The notes under the pieces are model-generated. The model had not been told where the DNA came from. It saw nothing but the letters and a program-made list of their open reading frames with translations, and searched no databases. This document shows positions 1-10,560 of a stretch of 48,102 bases of DNA, one piece after another. This DNA comes from Lama guanicoe (lineage: Eukaryota). Within the stretch, counting starts at the first letter, position 1, and each line of letters opens with the position of its first letter. Both the position numbers and the translations under genes were made by a program. Location of the stretch: positions 2,341,922 to 2,390,023 of the forward strand of contig MU053472.1 of assembly GCA_013239625.1 (NCBI GenBank), given 5' to 3'.

Positions 1-96
1 GCCCGCCCCGTCCGCCCGCCGCCGGCCCGGCTCGGCTCCCCGCCCGGCTCGCCCGAGGGCCGCTCACAGCCGCCCCCCCGGCGCCATCTTGGAAGC
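1..96 (-). pseudogene. CpG-rich insert, possibly the 5' UTR end of a processed retrocopy (continues beyond the window)
   Basis: Very GC- and CpG-rich stretch with a sharp switch to AT-rich intron near position 97. The minus strand begins CTTCCAAGATGGCGCC, a YY1-type motif typical of housekeeping 5' UTRs. Source gene not identified. Confidence 0.4.
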
Positions 97-593
97 TTGT
101 CAAGAAAAACATTCTTATCTGCAAGAACCAGACACTCTTAAGAATAGTATGTCATGAAGCCTCTATCCAGAAAAATGTACAAAAGTACATACTCATAAAG
201 TTTTGAATATAATTTCATAAGGCTCACAGTATCCCACCCATGATATCTATACAGTCAGGTTTATAACCTCTAAATTAAGGAGAATAAAATACAAATTTCT
301 TATCTTTTTGTTTTTCAAACTTTTAACTTTCATAATTGACAAAATATATTTACAACCTAAAAGTGTTCTTTTAGTTTTAAACAAAGCAATTAATTCCTTT
401 AAGCCTTATTTCCTTCAAACTAATAATGCTACTTTTTCATCCATAATTTACAACATCACTTAAAGATTATCAAACTTATATAATAAAATTAAATTTTAAA
501 ACAATTAAATTGCCACCTACTCTAGATTAACCACTCTCTATTAAATCATTTCTAATTCACGAAATGACTTCCACAGGTAGAAAAAAAACTTAC

Positions 594-726
594 CTGCAAA
601 ATGGGAAAAGTAGCAGTGGTGATGCCCATTTTGTATAAATTTAAGAGCATTTCACTTCCACTCCATATTTTACAAGCTGATTCATAATCCCTTTCCACGA
701 GATGTTCAGAGTTTGCTTCTAACCAA
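594..726 (-). CDS. BRIP1: BRIP1 coding exon (human exon 10 equivalent)
   Basis: Translates (N)[44 protein letters not shown]. ttccag acceptor and CAG|GTAAGT donor. Length 133 nt. Confidence 0.97.
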
Positions 727-835
727 CTGGAATAAAATAAAGCAATTCCATCAACCAGTATCATCCTTATGTGCACTATTTCAACAGAAAAAAGAGAAAT
801 GTGATACAATGACTTGTATCCCTTGAAGGTCTTAC

Positions 836-1044
836 CAAATGAATGTGGGTTTATTAATACATCTTTTAAACAACATGCATGTTTCTTTTTGCAAAGTCAA
901 TAGACAGCTAGAAAGTAAGCTTTTATTCAGAAAAGAGAAACATGCACGTGATTCCCCAATTGTGTTTTGTGGATTCACACTGCTTGACTGCTTTACTCGA
1001 CTGTCTCTCCAGCTGACAGTCATGTCTTAGGAGCGTATCCCAAA
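836..1044 (-). other. Candidate cryptic/poison cassette exon in BRIP1 intron 9
   Basis: Minus strand reads tttccttttatgtgcag| ... 209 nt ... ttg|gtaaga. An in-frame TGA follows a few codons in when joined to exon 9. Confidence 0.35.
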
Positions 1045-1159
1045 CTGCACATAAAAGGAAATACAAAAAAGCCTAAAAGAAATTACAGTGTTACATATTA
1101 ACACAAGGGAATTACTAGAAAACATATAAATATATTCATTTATACACACGCAGACATTT

Positions 1160-2400
1160 GTAAATTGAATGAGCGCTTAAATGTCTATACTATGTCATTA
1201 TGTTGGACACTATACTAGGTAGTGGAAATACAGCAGTAAATGAAATAGGTAAGGTCCTTATTCCCATGGAAAACAGATCTACTAAAAGGAAACAGAAACA
1301 AATTTAGAAACAACTACATGAATAAGAAAATAGCAGGTAGTGACACTGACATAATGACAATAAATTGGGTTAAAGTAATCTAATTGCTACTTTAATCTGA
1401 ATGTCAAAATAGCGACCTTCTTGTCTCCCTGAGGTGACATTTATTCTAACAACTGAATACCAAAAGTACCCAGTCATGGGAGGATCAGAAAAAAAGAGTA
1501 CTCCGAGCAGAAGGAATACTTGCTGCAAAGATCTTGAGGTGATTAACAAATTTTGCTTATTTAAAGACCTGAAAGAAAGCCAATGTAGTTGCAACACAAT
1601 GGGCAAAAGGCAATAATATCACACCGTTAGAGTGATAAGCAGGAATCAGATCATGCTGAGCCAGGATAAGAGTCTGGATTCTATTCAGAGTGCAATGGGA
1701 AGATTCTAAATGGAGGGTTTTAAATAAGAGAGAGAGAGAGAATCTATTTTAGGTGTTTAAGAGATGATTCTAGTTTCTAAGCCAGAGTGGATTATAGGAG
1801 AAAGGCAAGAATGAAAGGAGAAATCTATTAAGAGGCTGTTACAAGCATTCCAGGTGAGAGATGGCTCTGGGATGACAGATGTGGGAATGAAGGATGTGGG
1901 ATATACTGTGTAGGTGGCATTTATAAAACTGACTGGTAAATTGAATGAGGTGAGGCAGTAATCAAGGACAATATTTAGATTTCTGATTTGAGAAACTGGT
2001 TGGTACAATTTGCTTAGATAATCAAGACAGGGAAGGTGGGAGAAGTAGGTAAGGGAAGGTGAGAGAAGTAGGTAGGGGAAGGGAAGGAGGTTTGTTTTGG
2101 AAAGTTGAAATTTTGTATCCAAACGGAGATATTGAGCACTGCTGGGTATCGGAAAATAGCATTCACTCCTCGGAAAATAGCATTCACTCCAGGAAGAGGT
2201 TGAGGAAGACATAGATTCAGGCCTCACCAGCGTTTCCATAGGGTTATGAGTCCAGCACTAGAAAAGAAATGAGGTTCCAAAACCAAGCCCTGAGGCATTT
2301 CAACATTTAGACATCCAACAGAGTAAGAACTATCAAAAGAAACAGAAAAAAATGAACTCTGAGGAGGAGGAAAACCAGAATATGTCATCGAAGCTGCCTA
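1160..2400 (-). mobile_element. LINE-2 (L2) relic, continuing at about 3475-3720 after the LTR
   Basis: Degenerate antisense L2 3' signature (ctatactatg...ctaggtagtggaaatacagcagtaaatgaa...ggtccttattcccatgga) followed by purine-rich L2-like body. Confidence 0.65.
2149..2190. repeat. Perfect 21-bp tandem duplication
   Basis: tcggaaaatagcattcactcc occurs twice, at 2149-2169 and 2170-2190. Confidence 0.95.
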
Positions 2401-2409
2401 GGAAAAAAC

Positions 2410-3472
2410 AGTCCTGTGTGGCTGCTCTGCTCTCACTCCTTCACTTCTAGCACCTCTGGTCTCCACATGTAACACATGCGGGTTTTCCCCCCACACCAAG
2501 TAATTCTCTTGAGACACCAGTTGGGTGTCCTGTAGTTCAATTCAATTCTGACACTAACGAGGTAGCACAGAGCCCACAGGTTAAGCAGTCAGTCTCACAA
2601 GACTGTCCGTCCCCTCCTAAAGCTCAGATGCCAATTGTAAAAGTCCAGGTTGTCATCTGTGCTTCTGATCAAGAAGCTTTACACTGGAGGTTCCCATGAC
2701 CCCCTCCTTAGGTTGGATTGTTTACTAGAACAGCTCACAGAATTCGGGGAAACATTTATGTTTACCCGTTTATTATATAATAAAGATACAGATGAACAGC
2801 CAGATGAAGAGATGCACAGGGTGAGGTCCAGAAGGGTCCCAAGCACAGAAGCTTGTCCTTGTGGAGGTGAAGTGCACCACCCTTCAAGTACACAGATAGG
2901 TTCATCAAGCCAGAAGCTCTCTGAATCCTGTACTTTTGGTATTTTTATGAAGACTTCATTACAAAGGCATGATGGAACATTAACTCAATATCCAGCCCCT
3001 CACCCCCTTCCCACAGGGGAGGTGGGGCTGAAAGTTCCAAGCTTCTAAAACATGGTTTTTAAATACTTCTCAGACATAAAAAATAAAATAATGCCATTTG
3101 CAGCAACATGGATGGAACTAGAGATCGTCATTCTCAGTGAAGTGAGGCAGAAAGAGAAAGAAAACTACCATATGATATCACTCATATGTGAAATCTAAAA
3201 AAAAAACAAAAAAAACATAGTTTGGTCTTTCTAGTGACCAGACCCATTCAGAAGCCCAGCAAGGATTCCCGCATTAGAACAAAACACAGTTCCATTACCC
3301 AGGAAATCCCAAGGGATTTAGGGACTCTGTCAGGAACTAGGGTCAAAGACTAAGCAGTAGAACAAAAGATGCTTTTAGAACTCTTATGAATTAGGAAATT
3401 ACAAAGGTTTTAGGAGCACTGTGTCAGGAGCTAGGGACAAAGACCAATATATATATTTTCTGTTATTTCACA
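2410..3472. mobile_element. Solo ERV LTR, MER21-like, interrupted by an L1 fragment
   Basis: Motifs gacaccagttgggtgtcc...ttcaattcaattctgacact, gatacagatgaacagccagatgaagagatgca and terminal gaccaatatatatattttctgttatttcaca resemble the MER21 consensus as recalled. Confidence 0.7.
3060..3211 (+). mobile_element. Short L1 ORF2-terminal fragment with A-tail and TSD
   Basis: Contains gccatttgcagcaacatggatggaactagag...cattctcagtgaagtgaggcagaaagagaaag, typical of the L1 ORF2 C-terminus. Flanked by aaaacatggttt (3047-3058) and aaaacatagttt (3212-3223). Confidence 0.8.
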
Positions 3473-3870
3473 GAAGTTAAGACAAAAACCCTTTTCACAG
3501 AGGTGGTACTCCACAACACCCAACACTGCTGAGAGACTAAGTAAAATAACAGAAAAATATTTGCATTTGGCAATCTATGGACCACTTGTGCCCTTGATAA
3601 GAACAGTTTTGGTAGAATTATGCAGATAGCAACACTACTGGGATGGATCAGAAAAAAATGGGAAGTGAGAAAATAGAATTAGCAACTATAGACAACTCTT
3701 TCAACAAATTACACTGTGAAATAAAAATGACAAACTTATACATGGCAGAAATACAAGGAAAAACACAAGCACGTGGTAAAATGTGGGGAAAGGTGTTTAC
3801 AACTCTTATCAAAAGCGAAGGGTTAATTCTCTACAAATCTGTAAGAGAAAGAACCATAACAATAAGAACA

Positions 3871-4070
3871 TCAAAATTGTAGAATAGATAAACAAGATTA
3901 CACTGTATAGCACAGGGAAATATACACAAAATGTTATGATAAATCACAGAGAAAAAAATGTGACAATGAGTGGGTATATGTCCATGAATGACTGAAAAAT
4001 TGTGCTGAACACTGGAATTTGACACAACACTGTAAAATGATTATAAATCAATAAAAAATGTAAAAAAAAA
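3871..4070 (+). mobile_element. Young 5'-truncated L1 3' end (camelid lineage)
   Basis: Typical L1 3' UTR (tgtatagcacagggaaatatac...tgtaaaatgattataaatcaataaaaa) with poly(A). Perfect TSD aataagaaca at 3861-3870 and 4071-4080. Confidence 0.9.
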
Positions 4071-4084
4071 AATAAGAACAAAGA

Positions 4085-5140
4085 AAGGACAGAGACATCA
4101 ACAGGTGACAAAAAAGGAAATATAAGTGGACCTTAAAAATGCTTAATCTCACTCATATTAAAAGAAATGTAAATGAAAGGTACACTGGGATACCACTTTT
4201 CATCCATCAGGCTAGAAAAAAACATTCAGACTCTCATTGCTGATATGAGTATAAATTAGTCCTCCACTCACTCATCTATTGTGTAAATTTTAGAACTACC
4301 TATGAAAATTACATATAGATCTACTCTTTGACCCAAGAATCCCACTTCTAAAAATTGTCTTAGAGATCTACTCTCAGACATATGAAATAATATATGTTCA
4401 AAGTTATTCATTACAGCAATGTAATAGCAAAAGATTGTAAACAACCTCAATATCTACAAATCAGAGGCTGGTTAAAGAAATTACAGTACATCCATGTAAT
4501 GAAATTCAAGGCAACAATTTTTTTTTTAAACTGAGAAAGCTTTCTAGGTCTTGATATAAATGATCTCCAAAATATATTAAATGAAAAAAGGCAAGATACA
4601 GGAAAATATATGTATAAAGTACAGTGCCTACAGTTAACAATATTAAATACTTAAAAATTTGCTAAGAGGGTATATCTCATGTTAAGTGTTCTTATCACAA
4701 AAAGTAGTAATAAAGAAGGCAGAAGGAGACTTCTAGAGGTGATGATTATGTTTATAGCACAGATTGTGGTGATGGTTTCACAGATGTATAATTATCTCCA
4801 AACTCTTCAGTTTGTAGATATTAAATATTTACAGCTTTGTGTGTGTCAATTATACCTCACTAAACTGGTTTTTACAAAATAAAGTATATTTTTTAAATGG
4901 AGAAGACCAAAAAAAATGTATGTATACCATGTCCTCATTTGGGTAAAAAGGAGAGATAAGAGAAAGTATCGATATTGGCTCATTTTTGTAAAAATATGCA
5001 CTAAATGATAAACTTGTTCAGGAAGACAGAAAGAAAGCAGATGGGGGATGGGTGGGCAGGAGGTTTTTACAGCATAAATTTGTAAATCTTTTTTGTTCAA
5101 ACATGTAAGCATATAACATTCAAATTAAAAAAAAAAAACA
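4085..5140 (+). mobile_element. Old L1M fragments, including an L1MA/MB-type 3' end at about 4620-4875
   Basis: Contains atttgctaagagggtatatctcatgttaagtgttcttatcac...gattgtggtgatggtttcacag...tgtcaattatacctc. Confidence 0.7.
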
Positions 5141-5679
5141 CTGAAGGGAACTGAAAAACGCTGTGGTAAATGGTCAGGGGAAGTTTTTCCTAAGGTAAAC
5201 AGATTCTAGATCAACAATGTAAAGGCTAATGAAAGGGAAATTATCTAATGTGAATTTCAATAACATTACAGTATTGAAATCTCAGTTAAATGAAATTCAA
5301 ACCAGAATCCTACTCAAATTGTAGGATAAAGTGATAAATTAAAGCCATGACCCAGAATTTTAAAATACGTTAATTAATACCATGTTTAGTTTACGTTCAG
5401 CCCATTATCCTATATACATCCTATCGGCCTGTTAAATTATCCTGTTAAAATAGGAATAAGATTCACAATTATCAGTTTTAAAACGATCAATATGTTCATT
5501 ATGTTCTTCTGAAGAAGACAAAAGTTTGGACTAGCCTATCTTTAAGTTTAACTGGCAAGGAACAATCCACTTCCCAAGTGGCCTGGTCAAAGTTTACTAA
5601 TTGTAAAATACTCTGGCATCATAAGACATGTTTTTAATACAAAGGCAGCACAAATGACACTGAAAGACATATGTTCTTA

Positions 5680-5880
<201 letters not shown>

Positions 5881-6359
5881 CTAGAAGATAAAAGAGTTCT
5901 CCTGTAAAACATTCAGCAAAATGAATTTAACAGCAATAGGCAAGATATTTCATTTAAAATTTCACACTGCAGGCCAATATCACAAGTCCAACTATATAAG
6001 CAACTGATTCTCAGTCTTAAAACTTTTCAAGCACTTAGGCCAGACAAATAGCAGCTCAACATCACAGAGTTTTCCATTTTTCACTCTCAAAATACTTTGC
6101 AAGCCTATCAACCAAATAATATATGTTAAGTGAGCCAAGATCAAGATATAGTTGTCTACACCAAGGGTTATAAAAATCCCACTATGAAGAGATCTCCAAC
6201 ATAATTTTAAAAGCATAATAAAAACTTTTAAAACGAAGATAACAATACAATATTCAAGACTCAAAATACTAATATAATACAGTAGGTATCTGTTTCATTT
6301 CAGTCTTTCCTGCAACTCTTCATTTTAAGCGTTTCTCTTCCTCAACTCCCATATGACGT

Positions 6360-6721
6360 TGGTAGGACTGCTAATCTGTTATCAAGGGACATCACCACTC
6401 TCATGCCATGGGTAGGCTCAGAACCCAGGCTTGTCAATTAAGTAAAGTATCCATCCCTCTGTGGTCACGAAGACTGGTTTAAGAATGGATATGAGATCCA
6501 AGATAGGCCAGAGTTAATTTTGAGTGACTAATATGAAATCATGTTCTTTTTTCCAGGTTACCTAGCTAGAAAAAAGCTAGCAGCTTAAAGCTATCTTTGT
6601 TCCCATTGGGAAGAATCTGCCTGAGAATAAAGACATAAAGGAGTCAGTCAAGTATTTTTTCTTAAGCTCTGTTGAAGCTGGGTTTGTGTCAACTGTATTT
6701 GAAAGAATCCTGACCAATACA
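6360..6721. mobile_element. MaLR LTR (MLT1-like)
   Basis: Contains gaatctgcctgagaataaag and ends ttgaaagaatcctgaccaataca. Confidence 0.55.
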
Positions 6722-7507
6722 AAATGTTACAAAGCAATTGCCATTGAGTTATTCTGAAGAAACAGTAATATACAGAGGGCTGTAGATGACTGAGAAAGAA
6801 CCATGGGAGAAATATATTAGGGTCTAAAAGATGAGTAGGATTTGGATTGGATAGACAAAGAAAGAGTAGGGCATTTCCATATGTCATAAAAAGCAGAGAT
6901 ACGGCAAAGAACAAGGTATCCTCTGGGGACCTTGAGGCAATTTTTTTTAAGGGTTCAATTTGGGAGTCTGTAGCCGACAAGGCTGAAAAGGCAGATTCAG
7001 GTCAGACTACTGATCATTTTGGGAGTAAGCTTAAGAAATAAGGACTTTATCCAATGAGCAAAGAAAGATATGAGATTTTTAAGCCATAGGAAAGATGCAA
7101 AAGTAATATTAGGAAGGCTGACCGGGCACTGATACGTAGAGTGGCTCAGAGGAAAGAGACCTAGCTAAAAGGCAACCAAATAAGAGGACAGTAGGTGTAT
7201 TGAACATAATGCCTATTAATTTCGAACTTATAGAAAGCTAGTGAGAGTTGGGCAGTCAGATCTAAAGAGAGAAATAACAATTGAATACACCAGATTCATT
7301 TTTCGTTTTATGCTGTAACAACTGGATGTCTCTAAGAACCAGGCAAATAAACGCAAATGCTGTATCCAAAGTTCACTTATTCAAAATTCAGCATAATTTG
7401 CATAGTATGCATATTCTCCTGACGTAAATTCTTCAAAACACAATTCTTCAGATAAATGTTTTAAAGTAATTCTGACTATTCATAAAGTGATAGTTATGAA
7501 TGGGTTA

Positions 7508-7718
7508 AATGAGTCTCAAATGGGGGCAATTTTGCACCCCGGGGGATATTTAGCAAAGTCTAGAGACATTCTGGATTGTGACAACTGTGAGGGTAATAAT
7601 GGCATCTAGTGTATAAAACCAGAGATGCTAACAAACATCCTGCAATGTACAAGATAGCCCACCTCAACAAAGAATTACCCAGCCCCAAATGCCATTACTG
7701 TCAAGGCTGAAAAACCCT
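7508..7718. mobile_element. MER20 hAT DNA transposon relic
   Basis: Reads tctcaaatgggggcaattttgc...ggcatctagtg...agagatgct...aacaaagaattacccagccccaaatg...gctgaaaaaccctg. Confidence 0.8.
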
Positions 7719-7958
7719 GTTATAATTCTACTTCAGTACTAGGTCCTTAAAGGTACTTATTCCTTCAAAAATTAAAATGATGGTGTCTAAAATTCAGTTT
7801 TTAAAAACACCTTAGAATATAATCTGTTTATACACTTACATAAACATAAAGCAAAAAATAAAGTGAAAGACATTAAAACATCTAAAAGCTTTTTACATTC
7901 ATCACGTATACCCCAATAAGTAGGCAAAAGTCCCTTTAATTTTTACATATCTACTCAC

Positions 7959-8180
7959 ACTTTCCCTTATTTGTGCATCTAGAAGATAGTTGTAAGGACA
8001 AAATATTATGTCAGCATCTTGCATTAGTTCTCGTGCTGTGTAATATGGACATGCCTTTAGTTTTTTCCCCAAGCTGATGAGTTCTTCTACATCCCAGGCC
8101 TTGCACATCCCTTGGAGAGTCTGTAATGTGTGTTGATCACTAATTTTATGAACACCGTGATAAAAATAGCAGGATTTCCC
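7959..8180 (-). CDS. BRIP1: BRIP1 coding exon (human exon 8 equivalent), third and fourth Fe-S cysteines
   Basis: Translates [74 protein letters not shown]. tttttag acceptor and GTGAGT donor. Length 222 nt. Confidence 0.98.
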
Positions 8181-10467
8181 CTAAAAACAAACACGCACAG
8201 CTGAAATGTGAACCAATACTAGAACAGAGGAAATGAAACAAGTTTATCTCAGAATTTTAGAAATATTAAAGTCACAACACAAGATTTTACAAAAGAGACA
8301 GAGTATAACACATCTATAACACAATCATTTAGAATAACTATATTAGTTGACTCAGATAGAGCTCTAGATCAGCATAAGCTCTAGATACCCCAAGTTAACT
8401 TGAGAAACATATTTTTAAAAGTATGTTTGTTGTAGCTTTGTTGTCAGTTTCTGTGTCTGTAACCAAAAGACAATGAATAGTGAGTTGAGTTCTTTCAGGA
8501 GTTTTCTGTTTTTCTATTGATACCTCTACATATTTTTAAGGCAATGTCACTTTATTTTGTTTACAAATATATTGAATATCTGTCAAGATTACTATTTTGT
8601 TATTGCCCTTAGTGAATTTCCTTGTCTATTTTGCTTGTTCTTTCAGATAAAATTTATTATTTTACTAATGTTTCCAGAAATTCTAAGTAAAATTAGCAAT
8701 TATAGAAATAAAATGTCTTTTAAAAAAAAAGTCTGATTAAGTGCTATTAGGCAAAAGTATTTCTGGAAGGATACCCAAGAGCAACAATGGTATCACTAGT
8801 TGCTGTCAAAGATGAGACCCAGATGACTTGGGGGCAGGACTGGGAGAGGTTTTACTCTACAGACACTTTTGTACCTTTTCAATTTGAGTCACTGAGATGG
8901 TATTACTTAATCAAATATAAATAAGTGAAAACAAAGGATGGAAGAAAGGAAGAAGGGAGAAAGGGAGAGGAGGGAGAAACAAAAAAGTAAGAGTGTTCCC
9001 TACAAAATATCTGGACAGTACAAGAGTTCCAAAAAACCCTAAATTATCTATAATCCCATCATACAAAGAATGTAACTATTAACATTCTGATGTATTTCAT
9101 TTCATATTCCTTTTATGCATATGTATATATGGATATATCTCTACAATGCGACCCAATATTAAAATAATGAGAACAAAGCAAATTTTCCCTCAGCATTGAG
9201 GATTATTTACCATTTAGCCAAAATAAGTAAACTTTTTTTACAAAACTGGGATCACTTTCTTCTCTTACCCAATTTGATTAAAAATCCTATCAGAAATATT
9301 TTCTCATATCACTAAGTATTTTTTCATTGTTGCCTACACATATACACTGGATTACTATTGGGCATATAGACTGTTCACAATTTTTGCTTTATAAATAATG
9401 CTGTAATGAGCATCTTTATGCCTATTTTTAAATATTTCCTAAGTATATATTTTTAGATCAGAGGGTATTTAGGGATCAGAGAGTACAAGTGTTTTTAAGT
9501 TGCTTGAAATCCATACCACCAGTCTCCAGAAAATGCATACCATTTTACATTACCCTTTTTCCATACCTTACCAACTCTAATATTCTCTTTTCTTATCTTT
9601 GTGCATTTTAATGGTAAAAAATGGAATCTCCTTGTTTTGATTTATGTTTTTTATGCTTTCTAGGCAAGATTTAACCTTACATTGTATGAACATTCTAACA
9701 AGTTTCAGCAGTAATTTGCACAAACTGCACTTCTTTCATGTACTATCTACTAATGTCCTTTGTCATTCTATTATAGGAAGTAAAAAAAATTTAACATACA
9801 CAAATCAAAAACTAAGATGTTTGATAAAATCCAATCCTAGGAAAGGTGTGTCACATCCTGTTAAAAGGTATATAAAGTGAGTAGAAGTAAAACTTCTACT
9901 CCTACTAGAATGTACATAGGAAATTTGTCAGTAACTACAAAACAAAATTTTCACCATTAATGTAAAAATATATACTACACTGTTTAATAGCCCCCAAATT
10001 GGAAATAAGCCACATGTCTACCAACAGGGGATATGTTAAATAAATTCTAGCAAATATATAGCAAACATATAACCCTTAAAAAATGAGTTAGATTTGTCTA
10101 TGTGCTGATGTGTTTAAGCTTTTAAAAGACTATAATATGTACACATTATAGAAAATACATATTTTAAATAATTTAGAAGAATACACTTAAAATGCTACAG
10201 TAGTTTCCTTGAAAGTTTAAGGGGATGGAAAAGAGCTGGAAAGAGAGATCTTCTCTTTTCATTGAATGCCTTTCTGTAATTGTGAGTGTCTAACCACGTA
10301 TATGTTACTTTTCTTTTTCAATCGTCATTTGAGAATAAATGGTGGAATAATAAGGCATTTTAATATTTATTAATTCTGTGCATCAATAAAAAAATTATAC
10401 GTCATTTTGAAATCCAATATTTGTCTTCTCCAGTTTGCTGTACTTACCTAGTGAGGGGGAGGCGGGA

Positions 10468-10560
10468 ACATACATATATGTGTGTGTGTATATATGTATA
10501 GGTTTATATATAGATATATGTATAGATTTATACACACACACACACACACTCATATATATT
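10468..10560. repeat. Compound (TG)n/(TA)n/(CA)n microsatellite
   Basis: Directly visible alternating purine-pyrimidine tract. Confidence 0.85.

Noticed and set aside
1..96. BRIP1 promoter or CpG island
   Set aside because: It is at the wrong end of the gene. BRIP1 is on the minus strand, so its promoter lies beyond 48102, and this segment is downstream of exon 10.
1757..3048. 160-aa and 132-aa ORFs
   Set aside because: They lie within L2 and LTR relics and show no recognisable domain. The repeated peptide SECYFP reflects the 21-bp duplication.
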